NCBI GenBank assembly: GCA_035534795.1
Contig: DATLRG010000352.1
Coordinates: 1-33,260 of the forward strand
DNA: 33,260 nt
Direction of reading: 5' to 3'
Source of the DNA: Chloroflexota bacterium
Lineage (GTDB): Bacteria; Chloroflexota; UBA6077; FW602-bin22; CADDYW01
The first letter of the stretch is position 1; the number at the start of each line of letters is the position of its first letter. Below, in pieces: positions 6,889 through 15,352 of this stretch. The translations under genes were made by a program, and so were the position numbers. Under the pieces are notes generated by a model. That model made no database searches and was not told the DNA's origin. It saw only the letters and a list, made by a program, of their open reading frames with translations.

Positions 6889-7830
6889 ATGATCGTCGCG
6901 CTCGCCGGGGGCGTCGGGGGAGCCAAGCTCGCCGATGGCCTCTACCGCACGCTGCCGGCCAACCACCTCGCCGTCGTCGTCAACACCGCCGACGACCTCG
7001 ATCTCTTCGGCCTGCGGGTTTGTCCCGACCTCGACACCGTCACCTACACCCTCGCCGGCCTCGCCAACCCGACCACCGGCTGGGGCATCGCCGGCGACAC
7101 CTTCGCGGCGCTGGCGATGCTCGGCCGGTACGGGCGGGACGTCTGGCTCCAGCTCGGCGACCGCGACCTCGCCACGCACCTCGCCCGGACCGAGCGGCTG
7201 CGGGCCGGTGCGTCGTTGACCGCGGTCACCGCCGAGCTAACGTCGGCGCTCGGAATCAACGCCGCGATCCTCCCGATGTGTGACGAGCCGGTGGCGACGC
7301 AGGTGGCAACGCCGGAGGGCACCCTGGACTTCCAAGACTACTTCGTCCACCGCCACCAGGCGGACACCGTGACCGGCATCGTCTTTCGGGGGATCGAGCG
7401 CGCGCAGGTCTCGGCCGCGGTGCGGCGCGCGCTCGCCGAGGCCGCGGCGGTCGTCGTCTGTCCCTCGAACCCGATCGTCAGCATCGGTCCGATCCTCGCC
7501 GTGTCGGGCATGCGGGAGCGCCTCGACGCCCATCCCGGTCCCAAGGTCGCGGTCAGCCCGATCGTGGGCGGGCGGGCGCTGCGTGGTCCGGCCGATCGCA
7601 TGCTGGCGAGCCTGGGGCACGAGGTGTCCGCCTACGGGGTCGCCGCGCTCTACCAGGGTCTAATCGACGGCATGGTCATCGACGAGGTGGACGCCGCACT
7701 CGCCCCGCGCATCGAAGCGCTGGGAATGCGGGTCCTGGTCGCGCCAACAGTCATGGCGGACGCCGACGATCGACCGGCCCTCGCCCGGCGAGTGCTGGCG
7801 TTTTGCGCGCGGATCGGCCGAACGACGTGA
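6889..7830 (+). CDS. cofD: 2-phospho-L-lactate transferase (F420 biosynthesis, CofD/FbiA)
   Basis: RBS GAGGAGGAAG before ATG 6889. MIVALAGGVGGAKLADGL...VVVNTADDLDLFGLRVCPDLDTVTYTLAGLANPTTGWGIAGDTF...VVCPSNPIVSIGPIL are CofD signatures. Confidence 0.9.
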   Translation: MIVALAGGVGGAKLADGLYRTLPANHLAVVVNTADDLDLFGLRVCPDLDTVTYTLAGLANPTTGWGIAGDTFAALAMLGRYGRDVWLQLGDRDLATHLARTERLRAGASLTAVTAELTSALGINAAILPMCDEPVATQVATPEGTLDFQDYFVHRHQADTVTGIVFRGIERAQVSAAVRRALAEAAAVVVCPSNPIVSIGPILAVSGMRERLDAHPGPKVAVSPIVGGRALRGPADRMLASLGHEVSAYGVAALYQGLIDGMVIDEVDAALAPRIEALGMRVLVAPTVMADADDRPALARRVLAFCARIGRTT

Positions 7831-8477
7831 CCGGGAGTGCGGCAGTCACCGAGATAGTCGCGGTGATCCCGGTCAAAGGGTTGGCCAAGGCGAAGAGCCG
7901 CCTCTCCGACCGCTTGACGCCCGCCGAGCGCGCGCAGCTGGTCCTCCATCTCCTCGACCGCGTCCTCGCCGCCGTTTTCGCCTCCGCGCTGGTCCAGCGC
8001 TGCCTCGTCGTGAGCCCGGACCCCCTGGTCCGCACATCGGCCGAGGCCGCGGGCGCGGTTGCCGTCGACGAGGCGACGCCGGGCGCCGGCCAGAACGCGG
8101 CGTTGGAGCACGCGCGCCGGGTGGCGCGGCGCTGGAACCCCACCGCGTTGCTGGTGCTCTCGGGCGATCTCCCCCTGCTCACGCCCCAGGACCTCGAGAT
8201 GATCTGCCGACTGGGCGCCGAGGACGGAACCGTCGTCGTCGCTCCAGACCGGCCCCGCACCGGAACCAACGCGCTGCACCTCCGCCCGCCGGACCTTCTG
8301 CCGTTCCGGTTCGGCGCGGGCAGTTTTCGGCAGCACGTGCGGGAGGCCAGAGACTGCGCCGCGCGCATCCGGGCCTACTACGGTTCCGGCACCGCGTTCG
8401 ATCTGGATGTCCCCGAAGACCTGGATCTGATCCAGCGCATCGACCCGACGTTCAAACGAACCGACCCGCATCGATAG
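7827..8477 (+). CDS. cofC: 2-phospho-L-lactate (or phosphoenolpyruvate) guanylyltransferase (CofC/FbiD)
   Basis: GTG 7827 overlaps the cofD TGA (GTGA). AVIPVKGLAKAKSRLSDRLTPAERAQLVLHLLDRVL...LSGDLPLLTPQDLEMI...GTNALHLRPPDLLPFRFGAGSFRQH are CofC motifs. Confidence 0.85.
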   Translation: MTGSAAVTEIVAVIPVKGLAKAKSRLSDRLTPAERAQLVLHLLDRVLAAVFASALVQRCLVVSPDPLVRTSAEAAGAVAVDEATPGAGQNAALEHARRVARRWNPTALLVLSGDLPLLTPQDLEMICRLGAEDGTVVVAPDRPRTGTNALHLRPPDLLPFRFGAGSFRQHVREARDCAARIRAYYGSGTAFDLDVPEDLDLIQRIDPTFKRTDPHR

Positions 8478-8489
8478 GAGGAGGATTCC

Positions 8490-9437
8490 ATGGACCGCAT
8501 TCCGAAGGACACCACCTGGGGCGGGCCGTTGCTCGTCGCCGTCGGGGCCGCCCTCTGGGGGACCGACGCCATCCTGCGCGTCCCGCTCACCCGATCCATA
8601 AGCGCGCCGGCGATCGTGCTGGACGAGCACCTGCTCCTGAGTCTGTACGCCATCCCGGCGCTGATCCTGAGCATCACCGCGCTGCGGCGGCTTCACCTCA
8701 CCCAGTGGCTGGCGCTCATCGCCATCGCCTGGGGTGGCTCGGGCCTGGCGACGGTGCTCTTCACCCTGGCCTTCGCGACCGGCAACCCGACGACGGTGAT
8801 CCTCCTCCAGAAGGTCCAGCCCCTCTTCGCCATCGTTCTCGCTCGGGTGCTGCTGGGCGAGCCGCTCGGCCGGCGGTACTGGCCGTGGTTTGTTTTGGCG
8901 ATGGTCGGCGCCTACCTCGTCTCGTTCGGCACGCTCGCGCCGTTCTGGGAGCTGGGCCGGGCGCAAGCGACGACCGCGGCGTTGGCGCTGGGCGCCGCAG
9001 CGCTCTGGGGAAGCGCCACCGTCTTCGGGCGCTTCGTGCTCGCCGACCTGCCGTTCCCGGCGGTGACCGGCGCCCGCTTCCTCCTCGCGCTGCCGTTCCT
9101 CTTCGCCCTGGCGCTGGCGCAGGGACGGGTGGGTGACGCCGCCGTCGGTCTCCGGGTCTCGACGCCGAACCTGGTCGCGCTGGCCCTGATCCCCGGTCTC
9201 GTCTCGCTGCTCCTCTACTACCGTGGCTTGACCACGACCCGCGCCTCGGTCGCGACGCTGGCCGAGCTGGCGTTTCCGGCGAGCGCGATCGTGCTGAACT
9301 GGCTCTTCCTGCGTCAGGGGGTCACGCTCACCCAGCTCGGTGGCTTCGCCCTGGTCTGGTGCATGATCGTCGTGCTCGACCGCCTCGCCGCCCCGGCGCC
9401 GGAGCCCCGCCCCGCCGCGTGGGCAGGAGAGGCGTAA
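8490..9437 (+). CDS. DMT-superfamily (EamA-like) transporter, about 10 TM
   Basis: RBS AGGAGGAGG before the ATG. Duplicated EamA-like hydrophobic halves (LLVAVGAALWGTDAILR..., AALALGAAALWGSATVFGR...). Confidence 0.8.
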   Translation: MDRIPKDTTWGGPLLVAVGAALWGTDAILRVPLTRSISAPAIVLDEHLLLSLYAIPALILSITALRRLHLTQWLALIAIAWGGSGLATVLFTLAFATGNPTTVILLQKVQPLFAIVLARVLLGEPLGRRYWPWFVLAMVGAYLVSFGTLAPFWELGRAQATTAALALGAAALWGSATVFGRFVLADLPFPAVTGARFLLALPFLFALALAQGRVGDAAVGLRVSTPNLVALALIPGLVSLLLYYRGLTTTRASVATLAELAFPASAIVLNWLFLRQGVTLTQLGGFALVWCMIVVLDRLAAPAPEPRPAAWAGEA

Positions 9438-9481
9438 GCGATCCGGAATGCGCACCGCCGCGCCGGACGCAGCGCGCATGA

Positions 9482-9635
9482 TCAACCGCCGACACGCCGA
9501 TCATCCTGCTGACCGGCTTCGGTGACCTGATGACGACCACCGGCAGAACTCCCCGACGGCGTCGACCTCGTCCTCGGGACGCCAGTCACGTGGCAAGCGC
9601 TGCGTAAGGCAATCGTTCGACTGTGCCCACGGTGA
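9482..9635 (+). pseudogene. Remnant of a response-regulator receiver domain (C-terminal third, frameshifted)
   Basis: Frame 1 reads ADTPIILLTGFGDLMTTTG. After a +1 shift near 9545 the frame reads ELPDGVDLVLGTPVTWQALRKAIVRLCPR*. Together these resemble beta4-alpha4-beta5-alpha5 of a REC domain. The phospho-acceptor region is absent and a stop lies immediately upstream (9479-9481). Confidence 0.5.
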
Positions 9636-9725
9636 CTCTTCCTGGACGCGGGACGACACCAGACGGCCAGGGTCTGGGCAATGGCCGGCGCCGGGTGCTG
9701 GTGTAAGATGTATTGTCCTCCCTCT

Positions 9726-9753
9726 TTACAAGGGGGCGCGGAAGCGGTAGAGT
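9726..9753 (+). promoter_or_regulatory. Candidate promoter TTACAA-N16-TAGAGT for the riboswitch-led cob operon
   Basis: TTACAA 9726-9731 and TAGAGT 9748-9753, immediately 5' of the riboswitch-like sequence. Confidence 0.4.
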
Positions 9754-9759
9754 ACGACT

Positions 9760-9880
9760 GCTTCGGAAACGTGGCACTGGGGTGACGAGCGAAGTTCGGT
9801 GCGAAGCCGACGCCGTCCCGCGACTGTGAAGCGGCAATCCTGCCGATGAGCCAGGTCGCCTCCCGCTCCAGGGAGTATCG
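9760..9880 (+). promoter_or_regulatory. Cobalamin (B12) riboswitch aptamer
   Basis: GAAGTTCGGTGCGAAGCCGACGCCGTCCCGCGACTGTGAAGCGG matches the conserved cobalamin-riboswitch core (GGTGnnAAnCC...CCCGCnACTGT). A B12-box-like GAGCCAGGTCGCC lies at about 9848-9860. It sits upstream of a btuF-like gene and the cob genes. Exact boundaries are uncertain. Confidence 0.7.
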
Positions 9881-9942
9881 TCGCCTTCGCGGAAAGGCGC
9901 GGGCTGAGTTGGCCTTCGGGTGCTTCGTTGCCCTCGCCTCGT

Positions 9943-10016
9943 CCCCAACGATCAGCCGGGGTGGAACGCACCGGGCTTGCCTTCCACCCGAGAGCGATCC
10001 CAGGGCGAGGCTTTTT
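9943..10016 (+). terminator. Possible riboswitch expression platform: nested hairpin followed by CTTTTT
   Basis: CCTCGCC (about 9943-9949) can pair with GGCGAGG (about 10004-10010), enclosing GGTGGAA...TTCCACC (about 9960-9988). The T-run CTTTTT at 10011-10016 follows, 70 nt before the btuF-like start. Confidence 0.35.
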
Positions 10017-10088
10017 GGTGGGCACCGTGGTCGCGCCGGGGCCGGATCGCCGCATTTCCCCGAAGGGACGCCAGAGAGGTAGCGTCCC

Positions 10089-11186
10089 GTGCCCGTCATC
10101 ACGCGTGTCCTCGCCCTCGTTCTCCTCGTCGCGTCGCTCGTCACCGCCTGTTCCCCACCCGCTCCCGCGGTACCCGGGTCGGCCACGGCCGTGCCGACGG
10201 TCTCCCGCTTGACGTCGACCGCCGCGCCCGCGATCCCGGTTCCCACGGCTCAGCCGACGGTTGCCCCGACGACGGTGCCCCGGCCGTCGACCACGCCAGC
10301 GCCGACTCCCGCGGCCCCGGCGGCCCCGGCGTCAAAAGCCGTTCCGGCCGGCTTCCCGGTCACCGTCACCGACGACGACGGGGACACCGTCACCTTCGAT
10401 CGCCCACCCCAGCGGATCGTCTCGCTCTCGCCGGGCCACACCGAGACCCTCTACGCCCTCGGGCTCGGCGACCGGGTGATCGTCACCGACACGTACTCCG
10501 ACTATCCTCCCGAGAACAAACCCAGGGCGAAGCTCCACACCTACCCCAAGCCGAACGCCGAAGTCCTCGTCTCGCTCCGGCCCGACCTGATCGTCGACCT
10601 GGTCGAGGGGCACGACTTCACCCAGCAGATGAACGCCCGCGGGATCAAGGTGCTGAAGCTCTTCCCGAAGACGTTCGACGGCACGCTCAAAGACATCGAG
10701 CTGCTGGGGCGCGTCACCGGCACCGAAGCGCGCGCTCAGCGGATCACCGCGGATATGCGCGAGCGAGCCGCGGTGGTCGTCGCCAAGACGAAGGACGCGC
10801 CCACGCCGCGGGTCCTCTACGAGCTCGACGCCTCGGACCCGACCCGGCCGTTCGTCGCCGGCCCCGGCGGCTTCTTCGGCGACCTCGTCCCGATGGCCGG
10901 CGGCGCCAACGTCTTCGCCGACCTGCGCACGCCGTCGGCCCAGGTGAGCGCCGAGCAGATCATCGCCCGCGATCCGCAGATCATCATCCTCGGCGACGCG
11001 AACGCGCCCTACAACGCCCAGACCCCGGCGATGGTCAAGGCCCGCACCGGCTGGAGCCAGATCAGCGCAGTGAGGGAGAACACGATCTATGAGATCAACG
11101 ACGCCTACCTTTCGCGGCCCGGCCCGCGGCTGATCGACGGCCTCGAGCAGATGGCGAAGATCATCCACCCCGAGCTGTTCCGATGA
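10089..11186 (+). CDS. BtuF-like cobalamin/corrinoid ABC-transporter substrate-binding lipoprotein
   Basis: Lipoprotein signal MPVITRVLALVLLVASLVTAC, a ~65-aa Pro/Ala/Thr linker, then RIVSLSPGHTETLYALGLGDRVIVTDTYSDYP...LRPDLIV...WSQISAVRENTIYEINDAYLSRPGPRLIDGLEQMAKIIHPELF (class III PBP, BtuF type). Located downstream of the B12 riboswitch. Confidence 0.85.
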   Translation: MPVITRVLALVLLVASLVTACSPPAPAVPGSATAVPTVSRLTSTAAPAIPVPTAQPTVAPTTVPRPSTTPAPTPAAPAAPASKAVPAGFPVTVTDDDGDTVTFDRPPQRIVSLSPGHTETLYALGLGDRVIVTDTYSDYPPENKPRAKLHTYPKPNAEVLVSLRPDLIVDLVEGHDFTQQMNARGIKVLKLFPKTFDGTLKDIELLGRVTGTEARAQRITADMRERAAVVVAKTKDAPTPRVLYELDASDPTRPFVAGPGGFFGDLVPMAGGANVFADLRTPSAQVSAEQIIARDPQIIILGDANAPYNAQTPAMVKARTGWSQISAVRENTIYEINDAYLSRPGPRLIDGLEQMAKIIHPELFR

Positions 11187-11320
11187 TCGGGTTTCCGACG
11201 GTTGATTCGTTCACCCACGATCCGCCGGAGCGGATCGTCTCGCTGACGCCCAGTAACACCGAGATCCTCTTCGCGCTCGACGCCGGGGATCGCCTGGTCG
11301 GGGTGAGCCGCTACTGCTGA
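11183..11320 (+). pseudogene. 45-codon N-terminal stub of a second (signal-less) BtuF-like binding protein
   Basis: ATG 11183 overlaps the btuF TGA (ATGA). MIGFPTVDSFTHDPPERIVSLTPSNTEILFALDAGDRLVGVSRYC* parallels the N-terminus of the 16742 gene ([33 protein letters not shown]) but stops just before the DYP motif. Confidence 0.6.
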
Positions 11321-11331
11321 AAGGAGCGGGG

Positions 11332-12429
11332 ATGAAACGCATCATCGACGTGACCAGACGGATTGGCGCGCTCGACGTCGCCGCCATGCAGGCCGCGCGG
11401 GAGCGGCAGGACCAGTTGACCAAACCCCCGGGGAGCCTTGGACGGCTCGAGGAGTTGTCGGTGAGGCTGGCCGGGATCACCGGTCGGGCACGGCCGCGGT
11501 TCCCGCGCAAGGCGGTGATCGTCCTGGCCGCCGACCACGGCGTGGCCGCGGCCGGCGTCTCGGCGTATCCCCAGTCAGTGACGGCCCAAATGGTGTTGAA
11601 CTTCCTCGCCGGCGGCGCCGCGATCAACGTGCTCGCGCGGCGGGCCGGCGCCCGGGTCGTCGTCGCCGACCTCGGCGTCGCCACGGAGCTTCCGGACCAC
11701 CCGAGCCTGGTCCGGAAGAAGATCGGCCACGGCACCCGGAACATGGTCGAGGGCCCGGCGATGACGGTGGGCGAGGCACTGGCGGCCGTCGTCGCCGGGA
11801 TCGACATCGTCGAGGCCGAAATCCGGCAGGGGCTCGATCTGGTCGCGACCGGCGACATGGGAATCGGAAACACGACGGCGTCGAGCGCGATCGTCGCTAC
11901 CATCACCGGAGTGCCGATCGCCGACGTCACCGGCCGGGGGACGGGCGTCGACGAGCGCGGCTGGGCGCGGAAGGTCGCTGCGATCGAGCGGGCGTGCTCG
12001 GTGAACCGGCCGGATCCGGCCGACCCGATCGACGTTCTCGCGAAGGTCGGCGGCTTCGAGATCGGCGGCCTGGTGGGCGTGATCCTCGGCGCCGCGGCGG
12101 CGCGCCTGCCCGTCATCATCGATGGCTTCATCTCCGGCGCGGCGGCGCTGCTCGCGACGGAGCTCTGCCCGACCGCGCGCGACTACCTGATCGCGGCACA
12201 CAACTCGGTCGAGATTGGCCATCGGCTGATGCTCGAGCGGATGGAGCTGGTGCCGTTATTGAACCTCAACCTCCGTCTCGGCGAGGGCACCGGCGCCGCG
12301 ATGGCGATGCACCTGATCGATGACGCCGTCGCCGTCCTCGACGAGATGGCGACGTTCGGCGAGGCCGGGGTGAGCAGCAAGAGCGCGGCCGAGGGCAACG
12401 AAACGACGACGGTGTCCGAGTTCAAATAG
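11332..12429 (+). CDS. cobT: Nicotinate-nucleotide--dimethylbenzimidazole phosphoribosyltransferase
   Basis: RBS AAGGAG before the ATG. DQLTKPPGSLGRLEELSVRLAGI...VIVLAADHGVAAAGVSAYPQSVTAQMVLNFLAGGAAINVLA...GDMGIGNTTASSAI...EGTGAAMA are CobT signatures. Confidence 0.95.
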   Translation: MKRIIDVTRRIGALDVAAMQAARERQDQLTKPPGSLGRLEELSVRLAGITGRARPRFPRKAVIVLAADHGVAAAGVSAYPQSVTAQMVLNFLAGGAAINVLARRAGARVVVADLGVATELPDHPSLVRKKIGHGTRNMVEGPAMTVGEALAAVVAGIDIVEAEIRQGLDLVATGDMGIGNTTASSAIVATITGVPIADVTGRGTGVDERGWARKVAAIERACSVNRPDPADPIDVLAKVGGFEIGGLVGVILGAAAARLPVIIDGFISGAAALLATELCPTARDYLIAAHNSVEIGHRLMLERMELVPLLNLNLRLGEGTGAAMAMHLIDDAVAVLDEMATFGEAGVSSKSAAEGNETTTVSEFK

Positions 12430-12465
12430 GCTCGGATGTCCGTCTATGCCGAAGAGTGAGCGCGC

Positions 12466-13248
12466 GTGTCAGAAGCATCTCCACAGCGTCCAAGACGGGC
12501 GCCCTGGTGGGCGCCGATCGTGTTGAGCTGGTCGTTCTTGACGGTGCTGCCGGCGCCGTGGGTCGAGGCCGACGCACGCGCACTGGCCGCATCGATCGCT
12601 TTCTTCCCGCTCGTCGGACTCGCGCTGGGCACTATGCTCGGAGGGTTGGGATTTGCACTCGACCTTGTTCTCCCGCATGGGCCAATCGCGGTCGTCTTGC
12701 TGGCTGTCGACGCGGTCCTCACCGGTGGGCTGCACCTCGATGGACTGATGGACACGGCGGATGGAGTCTTCGGGGGCCGCACGATGGAGCGGCGGCTGGA
12801 GATCATGCGCGACAGTCGGGTTGGCTCCTTCGGTGCGATCGCTGGTGCGCTGGCGCTGCTGGGCCAGTATTCTTGCCTTGCCATGCTCGGTGGCACCGCG
12901 CGACTGGTTGCCCTGGCCGTCGCGTTGGCGGTGAGTCGGTGGAGCACGGCAGTGGCGATCGCGCTCTTCCCGGCGGCCCGGCCGACGGGCCTGGGCGCTG
13001 CCTTCCACGAGGCGGGTGGTACATGGCCACTGGTCATCGCGACGGCAATCGTGGTGACCATCGCACTGGCTAGCCCCGCTCTCGTGGTGGCGAGCAGCGT
13101 CGCGACGCTGCTGGTCGTCGCGCTCGGCGGACGCTTCCTCACCGCGCGATTGGGCGGCCTGACCGGCGACACCTACGGCGGCCTGGCGGTCGTGTCTGAA
13201 ACCCTGGTCCTGTATCTCGCGCTCGTTTTACAACCGGTCAGACTATAA
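12466..13248 (+). CDS. cobS: Adenosylcobinamide-GDP ribazoletransferase (cobalamin synthase)
   Basis: SFLTVLPAPW...FFPLVGLALG...LTGGLHLDGLMDTADGVFGG...RLEIMRDSRVGSFGAIA is the CobS family pattern. The GTG start is uncertain. Confidence 0.9.
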   Translation: MSEASPQRPRRAPWWAPIVLSWSFLTVLPAPWVEADARALAASIAFFPLVGLALGTMLGGLGFALDLVLPHGPIAVVLLAVDAVLTGGLHLDGLMDTADGVFGGRTMERRLEIMRDSRVGSFGAIAGALALLGQYSCLAMLGGTARLVALAVALAVSRWSTAVAIALFPAARPTGLGAAFHEAGGTWPLVIATAIVVTIALASPALVVASSVATLLVVALGGRFLTARLGGLTGDTYGGLAVVSETLVLYLALVLQPVRL

Positions 13249-13292
13249 GCCACCATGACGTTAACGATATTTGAAACGCGGAAGGGAGAAAC

Positions 13293-14246
13293 GTGCTCGC
13301 GGAGAAGTTAGGCACCCTGGCCATCGCGCTGATCGTCGACCAGGCATTCGGCGAGCCACCGCCAGCGCTCCATCCCGTCGTCTGGATCGGACGGCTCGTG
13401 GCCGTGTTCGAGCGACACCTGCCGAGCGGGTCCGGTGCGCGCTCCCTCGTCTTCGGGAGTGCTGCGGTGGCGATCACACTCGCGGCGACCACGGCGCTGA
13501 GCACGACGATGAAACGGGTCCTCGGCGGTCGTGCCGGCGTGGCGTGGCTCCTGCTGAGTGGAGTTTTCCTCAAACCGACCTTCGCCGTGCGTGAGCTGTT
13601 CGCAGCGGGGGAGCGGGTGCAGCGCGGGTTGGAAGCCGGTGACCTCGCGACAGCGCGTGCCGCGCTGCGCAGCCTGGTCAGTCGCGACGTGGATGTGCTG
13701 GACGCCCCACTCATTGCCGCTGCTGCTGTCGAGTCGCTCGCCGAAAATGCCAGTGACTCGATCGTCGCGCCCTGCCTGGCCTATCTCGTCGCCGGCATGC
13801 CCGGTGCATACCTCTATCGTGCCGCCAATACGCTGGACGCGATGATCGGCTATCGCGGCGACTACGAGTTTTTCGGTAAGCCCGCGGCACGGCTCGACGA
13901 CGTGCTCAATCTCATCCCGTCTCGGGTGACCGCGGCGCTCATCGCCCTGGGCGCGATGGTTGGCGCCCGCGACTGGCGGGGTGCGGTGGCGATCGCCTGG
14001 CGGGATCACCGGAAGACGGCCAGTCCGAACGCCGGCTGGCCGATGAGTGCGCTGGCCGGCGCCCTCGGCGTGCAGCTCGAGAAACTCGACCATTATCGTC
14101 TCGGGGATGCCACCCGCCCGGTCGCTCCGGCCGACATCGCCGTCGCGCGACGGATCATCACCTGCGGACTTACGCTTGGTCTGGCGACGCTCGCGTCGCT
14201 CGCCTGCTGGGGAGCTGGCGCCCGACGAATGAGAGGTGACGCGTGA
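13293..14246 (+). CDS. cbiB: Adenosylcobinamide-phosphate synthase (CbiB/CobD membrane protein)
   Basis: RBS AAGGGAGA. AIALIVDQAFGEPPPALHPVVWIGRLV...RSLVSRDVDVLD...AAAVESLAENASDSIVAP...MIGYRGDYEFFGKPAARLDDVLNLIPSRVTA...SPNAGWPMSALAGALGV. Confidence 0.9.
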   Translation: MLAEKLGTLAIALIVDQAFGEPPPALHPVVWIGRLVAVFERHLPSGSGARSLVFGSAAVAITLAATTALSTTMKRVLGGRAGVAWLLLSGVFLKPTFAVRELFAAGERVQRGLEAGDLATARAALRSLVSRDVDVLDAPLIAAAAVESLAENASDSIVAPCLAYLVAGMPGAYLYRAANTLDAMIGYRGDYEFFGKPAARLDDVLNLIPSRVTAALIALGAMVGARDWRGAVAIAWRDHRKTASPNAGWPMSALAGALGVQLEKLDHYRLGDATRPVAPADIAVARRIITCGLTLGLATLASLACWGAGARRMRGDA

Positions 14247-15352
14247 TCAGGCTACGCCGTCACGTCGCCGACCTGGCTCCGGTCCACCACGGGAGTATCA
14301 CCGACCCGGAGCTCGACGCGCTCGGGCTCACCCGGGATCAGGTGATCGACTTCAGCGTCAACACGCATCCCTTCGGGCCATCACCAACCGCCGTCGAGGC
14401 CGCGCGCGGAGCCGTCTGGACGGCGTACCCGGACGACGGCGCGTGCATTCTGCGCCGTGAGCTCGCCGCACACAATCGTGTCACCAAGGCTGAGGTCGTG
14501 GTCGGCAACGGATCGGTCGAGCTGATCTGGCTGATCGCGCTGGCGTTTCTCGAACCAGGCGACGCGGTGGTGGTCGTCGGTCCAACTTTCGGGGAATACG
14601 CCCGGGCGACGCGCATCGCCGGCGGCATCGTCCACGAGTACCACGCCAACCTGGCAGATTCCTTCGCCATCGACCTGACGGCGGTGACCGACCTGGTGCG
14701 GTGCGTGGATGCGCGGCTCGTATTTCTCTGCAATCCCAACAATCCGACCGGCTCCCTGGTCCCGCTGGTCGCGCTTCGCACGTTGGCGGAGCAACTGCCG
14801 GAGACGCTGGTCGTCGTCGACGAGGCCTACCGACAATTTCTCGACGAGCCGCCCCCATCCACGTCGTTGCTGGCGTGCGGCAACGTCATGCTCCTCCGAT
14901 CGCTGACAAAGGATTACGCACTGACGGGCCTACGCCTCGGCTACGTCTTGGCGCCGGCGCAGCTCACCAACGCCGTGGACCGGGTGCGACCACACTGGAA
15001 CGTCAACGCCATCGCGTGCGCAGTCGGATTGGCGGCGATGCGCGATGACGCGCATCTCGAGCGGGGGCGCGCCGAGGTCCGTCGGGCGCGGGCGTATCTC
15101 ACCGCGGCGTTGACCGATCTCGGCTTGCGCGTTCTGCCGGCGACGGCCAACTTCATTCTGGTCGACGTGGGCGAGGCGCGGCAGGTTCGGGCCGCTCTCC
15201 TGCGCCACGGGATCTGTGTCCGGGATTGCAGCTCCTTCGGGCTGCCCACGTCTATCCGGATCGGCCTGCGCCCGCTCGCCGCGTGCGAACGCCTCGTGGC
15301 GGCGTGTATCGCGGCCGGCGTCGGTGCTCGCGCGGGAGCCCGCCGTGGGTAA
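14243..15352 (+). CDS. cobD: L-threonine-O-3-phosphate decarboxylase (class I/II aminotransferase fold; CobD of Salmonella nomenclature)
   Basis: GTGA overlap with cbiB. DFSVNTHPFGPSP...VVVGNGSVELIWLIA...FLCNPNNPTG...LRSLTKDYALTGLRLGY (PLP lysine), within the cob operon. Confidence 0.8.
   Translation: MIRLRRHVADLAPVHHGSITDPELDALGLTRDQVIDFSVNTHPFGPSPTAVEAARGAVWTAYPDDGACILRRELAAHNRVTKAEVVVGNGSVELIWLIALAFLEPGDAVVVVGPTFGEYARATRIAGGIVHEYHANLADSFAIDLTAVTDLVRCVDARLVFLCNPNNPTGSLVPLVALRTLAEQLPETLVVVDEAYRQFLDEPPPSTSLLACGNVMLLRSLTKDYALTGLRLGYVLAPAQLTNAVDRVRPHWNVNAIACAVGLAAMRDDAHLERGRAEVRRARAYLTAALTDLGLRVLPATANFILVDVGEARQVRAALLRHGICVRDCSSFGLPTSIRIGLRPLAACERLVAACIAAGVGARAGARRG

Noticed and set aside
7650-9485. 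A very long minus-strand ORF (611 aa), and similar long ORFs antisense to or out of frame with real genes: 531..1229 (+), 3183..4085 (-), 4383..5429 (-), 9920..11092 (+), 10332..11168 (-), 11211..12131 (-), 13308..14093 (-), 15919..16773 (-), 19818..20555 (+), 20524..21492 (-), 23353..24084 (+), 26904..27962 (+), 28146..29162 (+), 30263..31237 (-), 32363..33124 (+).
   Set aside because: Their translations are Arg/Pro/Gly/Ala-rich and low in complexity, with no recognisable motifs. Each lies opposite to, or out of frame with, a gene that has clear family signatures. This is the expected stop-codon-poor artefact in high-GC DNA.
13260-13277. GTTAAC-gata-TTTGAAAC in the AT-rich cobS-cbiB spacer, which resembles the GTTAAC-N4-GTTAAAC Pho module.
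   Set aside because: It is a single copy inside a plus-strand operon, with no third repeat and no -10 at the 10-nt offset. It overlaps the cbiB RBS region, so a chance resemblance is likely.
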